64,000 nt of DNA from Octopus vulgaris (Eukaryota). Location of the stretch: contig OX597814.1 in NCBI GenBank assembly GCA_951406725.2, positions 150,102,001 to 150,166,000 on the forward strand, given 5' to 3'. Below are positions 25,201 to 36,641 of this stretch, piece by piece. The first letter of the stretch is position 1, and the number at the start of each line of letters is the position of its first letter. The notes beneath the pieces were generated by a model. The model saw only the letters and a program-made list of their open reading frames with translations, searched no databases and had not been told where the DNA came from. The position numbers and the translations under genes are program-made.

Positions 25201-25860
25201 AGATAGGGTTAGTTAGAGAGAGAGGTCAAGGGACACGTGACAATAAGCGGTGTGAGGGAATTTGACTGGGGACGGCATTGTCGATAAATAAACATTAGAT
25301 AAATAGGTTTGAAAATCAGAAAAATCAGAGGGAATATCATTATTGATAGCTAATATAACACCGTAGCTGAGTAAAGAGGTTCTGTTAATCGTGAGCTAGC
25401 AAATGGGTTTGTATGAATCGGGAGACAATACTAAACGAAAAATTGAAAAATCAGAGTGGCTATGAACCTGGAGACAAGTCTAAACGAAAAAAATGTTTGA
25501 GCTAGACAGGGTAATGAGGGAATACTGAAAGAATGAGGGACAATACAATGAGATGGAAATTGAAGAATAGAGAAAGAATAAGGATAAGTGCAAGAAAGAA
25601 GGTAGTCGTAGCGAGGTTGGACGATTCACTTAACTTTTAGCCATTCATGATCTGTGCGTATTCTTTAGATATTTTGAAGCGAGTGGGGTTAACGATAAAT
25701 GCGTTCGCTCCTTTATGTATGGCGATGATGGTTTTGGGGAGGGGGGGCATAGAGGACCATGGCGATGATGGTTATGGGAAGGGGGGACATAGCGAGAGAG
25801 AGATAGGGTTAGTTAGAGAGAGAGGTCAAGGGACACGTGACAATAAGCGGTGTGAGGGAA
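7269..25860. repeat. Tandem array of a ~600-610-bp monomer: 30 full copies + 1 partial (~502 bp)
   Basis: Unit start caccgtagctgag recurs at 7269, 7869, 8477, 9081 ... 24758, 25359. Copies differ almost only in A/G homopolymer length and a few substitutions. Confidence 0.98.
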
Positions 25861-25864
25861 TATG

Positions 25865-25895
<31 letters not shown>

Positions 25896-26098
25896 CTGTG
25901 TTTGTCCCCCTAGCATTGCTTGGCAACCGATGCTGGTGTGTTTAGGTCCCCGTCACTCTGCGGTTCGGCAAAACAGACCGATAGAATAAGTACTGGGCTT
26001 ACGAAGAATAAGTCCCGGGGTCGATTTGCTCGACTAAAGGTGGTGCTCTAGCATGGCCGCAGTCAAATGACTGAAACAAGTAAAAGAGAGTAAAAGAA
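25861..26098 (+). mobile_element. 3' half of the same SINE (family A)
   Basis: Resumes in the (TA)n/(TG)n linker, then ...caaccgatgctggtgtg...gactgaaacaagtaaaagag, as in the intact copies. Confidence 0.85.
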
Positions 26099-26806
26099 AA
26101 GAAAGTATGTCACTCAGTTCAGGAATCGAAACCACAATCTTACAATCATTAGTCCAAGACTGTAACCACTAAGCTATGCACCCCCTTTATGAATATATAG
26201 ATGTACACATGTATATATGTATACATGCATGTATGTAAATAAAAATACATTTAAACAAATACCAATTAATGCACATTTATTGGGTAGTGAGCTGACAGAA
26301 TTGGTAGCTTGCTGGGCAAAATGTTTAGTGGCATTTTGTCTGTCTTTATGTTCTGAGTTCAAATGCTGTCACGGTCAGGTTTGTCTTTCACCCTTTTGGC
26401 GTCGATAAAATAAGTATCAGTCGAGCACTGGGGGCAATGTAATTGATGTAATTGTGTGTGCACGTGTATCTCTCTCTCTCTCTACACACACAATTACATT
26501 TTTATACACTACATATGCATACATCTCTTTTTCAGAAATAATGCAAAAATCTTTGATAGAATTTTCTTCCGCTCTTATACAGGGCTTGATCCTGCTTGTA
26601 AAGAAGCCAAGCTACCTAAGTAGGGTCAACACGAAGAGAATTTGTACATTTTTGAAACTCGTTTCTGAAACTGTATCTGTTTATGTTTTCTTAATGTGGT
26701 GTTGTGACCTTGAACTGATAAATTTTCTAATTTTCTTTTCTTCCTGTATTTTGTTTTGCTTTATCTTATCCGTTTATTTTTGTTGTTTTTTTTTCTTCTA
26801 TGTAAG

Positions 26807-26905
26807 CTTTGAACCAAGCCCTGAAAAATGTCGAACTGCCCTTGCTGCTGCGCTTAGTAAAATATTCTGGCAAGCTGGTGAACATAAATCAGCAGTCGTA
26901 ACTTT
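26807..26905 (+). CDS. MINDY4: MINDY4/FAM188B-like deubiquitinase, internal exon (FEPSPEKCRTALAAALSKIFWQAGEHKSAVVT)
   Basis: Pyrimidine tract + AG at 26805-6; GTGAG donor at 26906; 99 bp, phase 2-2. Peptide resembles the MINDY4 segment ...[20 protein letters not shown] (recalled, not searched). Confidence 0.8.
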
Positions 26906-28032
26906 GTGAGTATACTTTTATACATTTAAATCGAAGTCATTCATATTCAAAGTCAGGTGGTTATTCATTTCTTCTTAGCAAATGGAATTCCTGATTTCAG
27001 TTTTTATTATCTCTCTTAAAAACAACTTTAAAAATACAGCACAGCAATAAGAAACTTTTTTGCAGTGATTTGAAAACTTCAGCACAATCCCTCTACCACA
27101 ATAAATTAAGAATTAGCTTCAAGTCTATTTATTTATCTTTTTGTCATGTTATCTATTTTGATATGCACTTCTCCAATGCACATCATGTTTTCAACGAATC
27201 TAGAGAGCTATATTGTTGAAGTGTCTCCCTTGATGATGCGGATTTAATAAGATTTTTTTGTTGTTGTTGTTGTTGTTATGTTTAGTGTCGAACAGTTTTA
27301 ATCAGCATTCGTTGATGAAATTTATGGGACAGAATTACCTATTCAAATGTGTGCAGACATCGTGTAGCTGTTTAACATTAGTTGTTATGTTATACTTCAG
27401 TCTGGTTGGAAGCTACACTGTACAGTATCTTTGTTGCATTTTATTGCCCTCTGTTGGTGCTTTACATCTGGGAGAGGGCCGTTTTTAGTTACTGCTGTTG
27501 TTATAATCGTTCTCGTAGAGGAAAGTGAATTACAAAAGTTGCTAGTGTCAGACAAATTACTTTATGTTATTTAGGGACAGCTTTTTACAATCTGAATAAA
27601 AATCCCACTGAAGTTAATTTTGTCTTTCATTTTCTGGGGTTGATAAAATAAAGCACCAGTGCAGGACCGGATTTGCCATAATTGACAATTCCCACTCCTT
27701 GAAACTTCAGGCTTTGTGCCTGTATTAGACACTTTATTTCTAAAGAGAGATAGATTAACAAAATGGTGAGCACATTGGACAAAGATACCTTATAGTGTTT
27801 CTTTTGGTTCATTATTCTGCCAAGGTCACCTTTATTTCTCATCTATCTAGGGTTGATAAAATCAAATTTTGGTCAAGTTCTTGGCTTAATTTATCAACTA
27901 AACCTTCCGTCAAATTTCAGCTTTCAGCAATGTTGTTGTTATTTAGTCCAGATCAACCTTGATTGAGTAGATGTTCAATCAAAGGAATTCCAGCCATAAC
28001 TATCTGTCCTGTCTTTTTTTTTTGTATATTTA

Positions 28033-28203
28033 TGTTGTGTCGACGTCCCCAGACGATGAAGTAGACTAACCCAATACGTAGATATAGAGGGAGAAGTCTA
28101 GATGTTGAGAGAAGAGTAGCCGAGTAGCGGAGCACATTTGAGTAGCAGTCGTAGTAGGAGAGCAAAGTGAAGAGTTGAGTAGAAGGCATCCGAACGTGCA
28201 ACA
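28033..28203. mobile_element. Possible short solo LTR (TGTTG...CAACA, 171 bp)
   Basis: Inverted termini and a CpG-rich interior contrasting with the flanks. No convincing 4-5-bp TSD. Confidence 0.35.
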
Positions 28204-28590
28204 TAACAATTTAAGACTGCATTATTGTGTATGACCTTTTTTTTTTTAAGATAAAGTATGATGTATAGGAGATTTGATTGCTCTTTCTATCAAATTAAAT
28301 CACTTCCTTGATTGGCTCATACAGCTGTTGTTTAAGTCATAGTAACATGGATATAGCTCATTGCAGACTTTCAGATCAGCATTAATACTGTTGTTATTTA
28401 ACCAGGCACATGCCCATGCAGTGCCACATAAAAGTACCTGTGTGGTGCCACGTAAAAACGCCCACCATACTCCGTAAAGTGGTTGGAAACCATTCCAAAT
28501 CAGACTGAAGCCTGGTGCAACTCCCCAGCTTCCCAGCTCTGGTCAAACCGTCCAACCCATGCCAGCATGGACAACAGATGTTAAATGATA

Positions 28591-28621
<31 letters not shown>

Positions 28622-29299
28622 GGAGGAGGATGTGACTCTAATCAAGCGGACTTATGTTTAAAGGCATTCTATCCACGACCGTTCCTTCTTATTTTCAAGT
28701 ATAGTGTATGTAGAAGTCACAAACAAACTGTGACTCGCGGGACTTTCTGAGTGGTGTGCCAATAAAAAAATTACCCTGAATTGCTTTTAGTAGTGCTGCC
28801 CACTTTATGATGAGTCGTGTACTATGTGGCCCACTTTTTGAAAAAGGTTGCCATGGTGCCTGTTCTGGAGAAACTTTCTAAAATATTTCCGCTTCTTTTT
28901 CAAGGTGATAGAATGTAACTTTAGGGAAATTCTGGTTGCATAAAAGCTCTTTCACAGGTGGTAACTTCTCTTGCACTCTTTCTCTCTCAATCTCTTTCTC
29001 TCCTTTTCTCTAAAGGAATGGAATTGTTAAACTGTTGCTCTCCGTCATATGATTTCTGATAGCACCCAGTATTGTATACATGTGCGAACCAAAAGTCAGA
29101 AACTTCTTGTCATCTTTTTTTGCAATGGTAAAACTTTATAGCACCTCTGACATAAAAGGAACTTGCAAGGTTTTACAAATATCAATACATGAAATGCAAA
29201 CACATTAAAAAAATACATCTTTGTGAACGAGTTTTTATTTTCGTACCAGGACTCAGCAGTTCGAGTTATTGGATAACATTTTTCTTTTCCATATGTTCG

Positions 29300-29329
29300 T
29301 TGTTATGTGTGTGTGTGAGAGAGAGAGAG

Positions 29330-29367
<38 letters not shown>

Positions 29368-29447
29368 TGCACATATATACATTATAAGGAAAATATGGAA
29401 AAGAAAAATGTGATCCACACACACATACATCCATATATATAAATACA

Positions 29448-29493
<46 letters not shown>

Positions 29494-29690
29494 AACCATG
29501 CATATATCCATACATATATATAAACACATGCACATACACATAATATGTGTGTGACACACATATCTCCATACGTGTGTGTATTATACACACGCACTCTCTC
29601 ATTTTCTTACTCTCTCCCTCTCTCTCCTGCTCTCTCCCCCCTCTCTCTCTTTCTCTCTCTCTCTCACACACACTCATACACACACAATTA
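29300..29690. repeat. Compound microsatellite (GT/GA/AT/CA/CT)
   Basis: Directly visible. Others at 420-471, 676-710, 1007-1130, 2470-2540, 30378-30632, 36553-36640, 39115-39215, 43665-43708 and 47450-47538. Confidence 0.95.
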
Positions 29691-30376
29691 TGTTTTCCTA
29701 CTTCAAAATATTTTCTTTTTTCTTTTGTATTTCTACTAGGAAATTGCATTGGAGATTTGAATTGCCAAGAGCCAACTTCTTGATTTCACGTCTCTTAATA
29801 TATTCAGGAATAAAATATTCATAATTGATGAATTTTGTTCTGAAATATACATATATGTAATACATTGAGATGGTTGACAGCTCACACTCACTACCCTTTA
29901 TTCATATTCTACCTGCATGCTATTTCTTCACACTGTATTTTGCATACTATGTATTCTTAACATATCTTCATTGTATTTTTTCTTTACTTTGTCTCCATAT
30001 TCCTTGTATATCATGTTCTGTCTTCATACAATAGTATTATAAGAAAAGACAATATTACATCTTTTTCACCTCTATAAATACTAACCGAAATGCCTGGTGG
30101 GAATTAAGAAATTTTATTGTGAAGTATGTAGCTCATGAATACCTTAGACCCAGTATATGATAACATGTCATGGCTAATAATAATAATTTTTGTCTAATTT
30201 ACACATAAGGTTAGCAATTTTTGAGGGGAGGGAGTTTTGTCAAAACTTGGTTGTACTTGACTGGTACTTAGTTCATTGATCCCAAAAAGATCAAAAGCAA
30301 AGTTGGCCTCAGTGAGATTTGAACACAGAATGTAATGGGTTGGAACACATACCATACAGTATTTTGACTGTTGCTC

Positions 30377-30417
<41 letters not shown>

Positions 30418-30583
30418 CCTTTCTACTAAAGGCACAAGGACTGAAATTGTGGGGAAGGGGACTAGTCGATTACATCGACCCCCAGTGTTTTGGTGGTACC
30501 TAATTTATTGACCTTGAAATGATGAAAAGCAAAGTCAACACCTAATAATAATAATTAAAATAATGACAATAATGATGATAATG

Positions 30584-30632
<49 letters not shown>

Positions 30633-30634
<2 letters not shown>

Positions 30635-31478
30635 CGCTTCTCCACTCCTTTTCTGCTTGGCACTGTCACCTCTATCTGATATGCTAAATAGAACTGGATG
30701 CGGATATAAATGTTACGGCAAAACGATCAGCCACCTTTTATATATGGATGACCTAAAACTATACGCTGCAAATGACAAACAGCTGGAAACACTATTAAAG
30801 ACAGTTCATGGATTTACCAAAGAAATAGATATGAAATTTGGATTAGAAAAATGCGCCAAAGTAACCATGAAAAGAGGAAAACTAGTTAAGAGTAACAACA
30901 TCACACTAGATAAAACCAATGAAATAAAAGAATTAGACCAAAGCCAAACTTACAAATACTTAGGAATCCATGAACTAGATAAGACACAACACACACAAAT
31001 GAAAGCAACCATACTCTGGGATATGCCGATACACACAGATAGAGAAATTAAGGCCAACAGACCAGATATAGTTGTCAGAGATCATGAAGGAAAAAAATGC
31101 TTTTTAATTGATGTATCAATACCGGCAGATGACAACGTGTCTCTAAAAGAAATGGAGAAACTCTCAAAATACAAAGACCTGGAAATAGAGGTAACTAGAA
31201 TGTGGAATCTGAAAACAGAAACAATTCCTATCATAGTAGGTGCATTAGGCATGATAAAAAAATATTCAGACAAATACATAACAAAAACACCAGGACTTAC
31301 AAACACATATAACATACAGAAAATTGCACTACTAGGCACTGCCCACATCCTACGCAGAACACTTTCCATACAATAACCATCAGAGCATCACAACAAATCA
31401 CAGCACATACCCAAGGCACACAGAGCTGCGCTCGGTAGTGAAGTGAAAGCACGCTATAAAAATAAAAATAAAACTAAT
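30633..31478 (+). mobile_element. 5'-truncated, internally deleted Dong/R4-like LINE (RT + PD-(D/E)xK restriction-like endonuclease) in (TAA)n
   Basis: HLLYMDDLKL and YKYLG (RT) fused in frame to ILWD...RPDIV...IDVSIP...EKLSKY...IIVGALG (RLE). (TAA)n on both flanks. Confidence 0.85.
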
Positions 31479-31889
31479 GAATAATAATAATAATAAGTAC
31501 AAAGCCAAATATATGGCATACTAGGCATAACACCAGCATGAACTTCCAACTTGTTGTCTCATGAGGTCTTTGGGTGAGACTTGGAGCCAACTTGTACAAA
31601 TGTAAAGCAAAAGTCAAACATAGAATAATAATAATAATGATAATAAAAATAATGCACTGATGCAAAACAAGGCAGTGACTCTTATGTCTTCTGATCTTAA
31701 CTGATTGGAAGTGTTACCATGTACATGTTTTGTCTCGTTGCAAAAGATGGGCTACAGCAAATGTTTTGCTCAGTACCACAGATTTGCATGTTAGTCACTT
31801 GACATTAACTAGTTGAGCATGTCCATTACTGGCTGACAATAATGTGCCAGCTTCAGTATTCAATCCTCAGAAGAGGAGAATTTGATAAA

Positions 31890-32345
31890 AAAAAATCCTA
31901 TTTAGTTTCTGTGCCTATCCTTAGTTTTGGTCATGAATGTTGGGTAATGACCGAAAGAATATGATGGTACATTCAAGTAGTTCCTCTGAAAGATCTCTGG
32001 AGTGACAGAGTATGTAGCTCAGAGATTAGGGAGCCTCTATAAGTTGCGGTGCTACTTCTCTGTATTGTGAGTTCACAGCTCAAGCACTATGGATATGTGA
32101 TGAGAATGTCTCAAGAAAGAACTGCAAGATGGATTCTTCAATCTGAGTTAATTGGTAGAAAAATCTAAAGGGTAGACCAAAAATGAAATGGTTGGATAAT
32201 ATCCATAGTCTCACTGTTGGTCACTCTTGGGAATCCAGCTGAAAAGTATAATGTTGGTTGCTTCTGACAGGACCCCATGGAGAAGATGACTGAGAACTCT
32301 ACCTCCATGGCCCTTTATGAATAGTTGGGGAAGAAAATGGATGGA
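31890..32345 (+). pseudogene. Old RTE-like LINE 3' fragment
   Basis: Broken frames containing GHECWVMT, YGYVMRM and GRPKMKWLD. Confidence 0.6.
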
Positions 32346-32879
32346 TAATGGGGAATAATACTAATGATGATGATGATCTTGATAAAATACAGAAGTCAAT
32401 GAGGTAGATATATACCAGGACCTGAAGCGAGATGATGGGGTTACAGAAAAAGTGAGGTTGTACCAATTGTTTATAATTATGAATAAATCACAATTATAAT
32501 GGAGGGGGTTGCAAAAATCCTTACATGTCTAGAAATACCAGTCAAAAATCGCCATAAAGTCAGTATTAACACTCAAATTATATCTCCTCACAATAAAGCT
32601 GTCTGCAGGCAACATGACATATAAAGTCCACAATTTAAAAATAAACGGTTAAGTCTCTATTACAATTTCAAGGTTAGGAACTTATTATATGATATTATTT
32701 ACCATATCATAAATAAACAATACAGCGCCCCCTCTCCCCTCTTCAGGAGAATATTCCTATAGGTAGAAAATTACCGCAAAACCATACCTTGGGGCTTACA
32801 TATATCTCGACCAGCAAGAATAATGTGTCACCCTCTATTTACACATTCAAATTCTGAATTCCATCCCCACTACGGAATT

Positions 32880-33223
32880 TCCATCCCAACTATGGAATTT
32901 CTGAAACCACCTTCGTAGTGTGTGGTCACTTGTGGACTCCTCTCCCCATGCTCTATTGATATTAACAGCAGTTTGGGAGGCATTGTGTCCAAGCTTGAAC
33001 TTCTGTAAGAAAAGTAAGCAAAGGTCCTTTTTTGTCATGTTCATAATTAAGAGTGCCTATGCTTTAAGAATGTTTCTGTCTGAAATAACTGGAAAATTAT
33101 TGAAGAGCATACATCACTTATTAAGTATGTCAAAATTCACCTAAAATATAATTAAAATACCTTGATAAAATTGCGTTTCAAAACACAACACTCAGAGCGG
33201 CTATTATTTTCGGAACAACTTAA
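32880..33223 (-). mobile_element. mariner transposon 5' fragment (TIR + HTH)
   Basis: FKLGHNASQTAVNINRAWGEESTSDHTLRRWFQKF resembles the Mos1/SETMAR N-terminal HTH. TIR-like ttaagttgttccgaaaataat upstream. Confidence 0.75.
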
Positions 33224-33320
33224 TATTAAAAGATCAAAAATAAATGATAAATGGAAACTGTGCATTTATTGTTATTGCCTTTAATATTGTTTATAATTAT
33301 TTCTCTTATGATATATTCAG

Positions 33321-33384
33321 GTCGAGCAGTGCCACACATTTCATTGGCGGCAACAAATGTAAACCAGATCGCCTGACAGAAACG
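33321..33384 (+). CDS. MINDY4: MINDY4-like internal exon (L-SSSATHFIGGNKCKPDRLTET)
   Basis: ttcAG acceptor, GTAATT donor. Phase fits the previous exon (TT+G = Leu). Resembles MINDY4 ...GKYKADGVLET. Confidence 0.8.
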
Positions 33385-33959
33385 GTAATTACTCTATAAA
33401 TATGTATTATATAATACCATGTACTATGCATATTAGACAGTGTACTCTTTCAGCCCCATGTGTACAATAAATCTTAAGGCTAATATGATTAAGAGGTATT
33501 GTTTATTTCATTATTATTACAGTGTGTTATGAGTTACAGTTTAGTATGTGATACAGTATGTTTTTTGAGTTTTACTACTGCTGCATATAATATATTATAG
33601 AATAACTTTTCATATGTTATATCATCATCAGTTTTCCATGCTTTCATGGGTTACATGATCTAATTAGAGCTGGTGAACTAGAGGACAATGCCAAGTTCTA
33701 CTGTCTGTTTGGGCATGGTTTCTACATCTGGATGCTCTTCCTAACATCAACCACTCTACAGTGTGTACTGGGTGAATTTTTACACGGCACCAGCACCAGT
33801 GAGGTCACCAAGTAACTTGCGAAATGAAGTCTCTTCATTTGAGACAGGCTGGAAAATAATGGATGCAGCTTGGACTAACAATTAAGAAGTTTACTGTGTA
33901 ATCATAGAGTCCCAAGTTCAGTTGCAATGGCCACAGGTCATGTGTTTGTATGTGAGATA

Positions 33960-34315
33960 TAGGATGGTACTTTTCTGTGGGTCAGCAATGCAAATTTCAA
34001 TTCCAGTTTCTTTCAGTCTTTTATGTAGTGTATTGTGTGTTGTGCCAAGGTGCACCAATTACTACAGGAATAATTGTTGTCTTCGTCTCCCGGAGTCTCC
34101 TCAGCTCTTTGGCTAGATCCTGATATTCCTCAATTTTCTCACTTTCTTTGATATGGACTCTACTATCATAGGGAGTTACAAAATCTATGATCTTACACCA
34201 TTTATTTTGTCCTCTGTAGTCATATTCAGTATTTTTGTTTCAATAGTATAATCGATCTTTATGAGCAAGTTCCACAAGGTCTTGTAATTCTCATTTTCTG
34301 TCACAGTTTCTCATT
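33960..34315 (-). pseudogene. Degenerate RLE-type LINE fragment
   Basis: Minus strand reads IIDFVTPYDSRVHIKESEKIEEYQDLAKELRRL...IIPVVIGA. Confidence 0.65.
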
Positions 34316-35364
34316 TGCGATTATTATTATCATTATTCTTATTATTGTTGTTGTTGTTTAGTTCTAAGAAGGAAAAAATAATCATGCTCATATCCTTTAT
34401 TGTGTTGCTATATTGTGTTGTTTAATCCAATAATATTGTATTATGTCATTATTACGTTACTAAGCATCTGTAATTATTAAAGAAATGTGTTATTATCCAA
34501 CAAAAAAGTAGCTACAGATGGAAAAAGACGCAAAATTATCAAACAAAACCCTCATTGTCATAACACAAAAACAGACTTGAGAAAAACAAAAACATATGCT
34601 CAAACATTAAATATTAAAAAACAAACACATTAAAACAAGTAATGCTCCAACATGGCCTAGACTGTAGTGGGTAAAACAAATAAAAGAACTAAAGTAGTTT
34701 ATTAGTTTATGAAAATGATTGATATCAAATTATAGGGAAAGATACAAAAAATATATAATAGATATATAAATAAATAAACATGGCTGGCTGTTTGCAAAGA
34801 ACAACTGTTTATTTGTAGATGAAAAGATCTGATATCTAATTACATGAAAAGAAAAAAAAAACAGAAATCATAGCAAAACACAAAATAAATTGATAATTAA
34901 CTCATTAAAATAGTTTATATCGTACAAAGGTGTGAGTGGTGTAATAAAAAAAAAATGGCCATTCTTTATTAATATGGTAAATAGGTGCAGGCATGGTTGT
35001 GTGGTTAATAAGTTTGGTTCCCAATCATATAGTTTCAGGTTCAGTTCCACAGCATGGCACTTTGGGCAAGTGTCTTCTACTACATCGGGCCAACCAAAGC
35101 CTGGTGAGTGGATTTGGTAGATGGAAACTAAAAACAAACCCGGAAAAACACCCAGTACACTCTGTAAAGCAATTGGCATTATAAAGAGCATCCAGCTGTA
35201 AAAACCATGCCATGATAGACATGGGGCCCAAGCAGCTCTTTAGCTGGCCAACAAGGAAAGCAAACGTTAAATGATGATGATGACAATGATGACGTGATAA
35301 CAACGATGTATATAATTATGTATGTGTTTGGTTGTGTTTCTTTATCTTGACATAAGTGAAATAA

Positions 35365-35578
35365 AGGCGGCGAGCTGGCAGAAACGTTAGCACGCCAGGT
35401 GAAATATTTAGCGGTATTTCATCTGCCGTTACGTTCTGAGTTCAAATTCCGCCAAGGTTGACTTTGCCTTTCATCTTTTCGGGGTTGATAAATTAAGTAC
35501 CAGTTACGCACTGGGGTCGATGTAATCGACTTAATTCCCTTATCTGTCTTTGTTTGTTCCCACTATGTTTAGCCCCTT
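35365..35578 (+). mobile_element. tRNA-derived SINE family B (core gtcgactttgcctttcatcctttcggggtcgataaa, possibly Meta-domain-like)
   Basis: A-box-like tggcagaaacgttag and B-box gagttcaaattcc. Related copies at 1-175, 26283-26450, 36355-36540, 37186-37390, 37422-37635 and 46486-47148. Confidence 0.75.
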
Positions 35579-35767
35579 GATTTTTAATCTTCCATGAAAG
35601 CATGTCTGGCCATGGGGAGCATTACCTTGCTGGGAAGCAAGTGAGGGTTGGGGACTGGATAACATCTGGCTTTAGAAAATCTTCCTCAGTGAATTCTGTC
35701 TGTCTCTTGCAAGCATAGACCAGTGGATATTAAAATGATGACGATGACAACAATGATGATGATGCAT

Positions 35768-36172
35768 TACTCTTTTACTCTTTTACTTGTTTCAGTCATT
35801 TGTCTGCGGCCATGCTGGAGCACCACCTTTCATCGAGCAACTCAACCCCAAGACTTATTCTTTGTAAGCCCAGTACTTATTCTATCGGTCTCTTTTGCCG
35901 AACTGCTATGTGACGGGGACATAAACACATCAGCATCGGTTGTCAAGCAATGCTAGGAAGACAAACACAGACACACAAACATACATGCACACATATATAT
36001 ACATATATATGACGGGCTTCTTTCAGTTTCCGTCTACCAAATCCACTCACAAGGCTTTGGTCGGCCCGAGGCTATAGTAGAAGACACTTGCCCAAGGTGC
36101 CACGCAGTAGGACTGAACCCAGAACCATGTGGTTGGTAAACAAGCTACTTACCACACAGCCACTCCTGCACC
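35768..36172 (-). mobile_element. Intact SINE family A copy
   Basis: Pol III-like head (gtggctgtgtggtaag...ggttcagtcc), microsatellite linker, gtaaaagagta tail. Other copies at 56352-56705 (-), 1190-1420 and 34985-35130 (partial). Confidence 0.8.
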
Positions 36173-36234
36173 TATTATTTAACAATCACAACATTGATTA
36201 CAGCTATTTTATCAGTTTTGTTTTCTTGTTTTAG

Positions 36235-36300
36235 TTGATGCTTTACCAGTTCACTTCATACAAGGAATTAAACTCATTTATTAAGAAGAATATCATACTG
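36235..36300 (+). CDS. MINDY4: MINDY4-like internal exon (LMLYQFTSYKELNSFIKKNIIL)
   Basis: ttttAG acceptor, GTATGT donor, 66 bp, phase 0-0. Collinear with MINDY4 [22 protein letters not shown]. Confidence 0.8.
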
Positions 36301-36552
36301 GTATGTATATCTTTGCTTTATCATTTTAATTTTTTATGTGTTTTGAAGATGACAAACTGACTGAATCATTAGCATGATGAACAAAATTCTTAGCAGCGTT
36401 CCATCCATCTTTATGTTCTGGGTTCAAATTCTACCAAGGTGCCTTTGCCATTTGTATTTTCAGGATTGGTAAAATAAGTTCCAGTTCAGCATTGGGGTTG
36501 ATGTAATTGGCTTACTCCTGACCAGAACTCGCTGGCCTTCTAAAATTTGAAG

Positions 36553-36640
<88 letters not shown>

Positions 36641-36641
<1 letters not shown>

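Larger units (their letters stand above)
3335..25860 (-). mobile_element. Full-length RTE-clade LINE including an 18.6-kb tandem 5' monomer array
   Basis: (GAT)n tail at ~3335-3352, 3'UTR to 3927, intact ORF 3928-7095, unique leader 7096-7268, array 7269-25860. The two flanks are the two halves of one SINE. Confidence 0.85.

Noticed and set aside
7269-25860. CRISPR-like array or repeat-spacer system
   Set aside because: Units are contiguous and near-identical with no unique spacers. The context is eukaryotic and there are no cas genes.
8549-25913. Repeated 66-aa (-) and 72-aa (+) ORFs as a tandem gene family
   Set aside because: They are open only in units where the homopolymer length happens to keep frame, are low-complexity, and show no recognisable domain.
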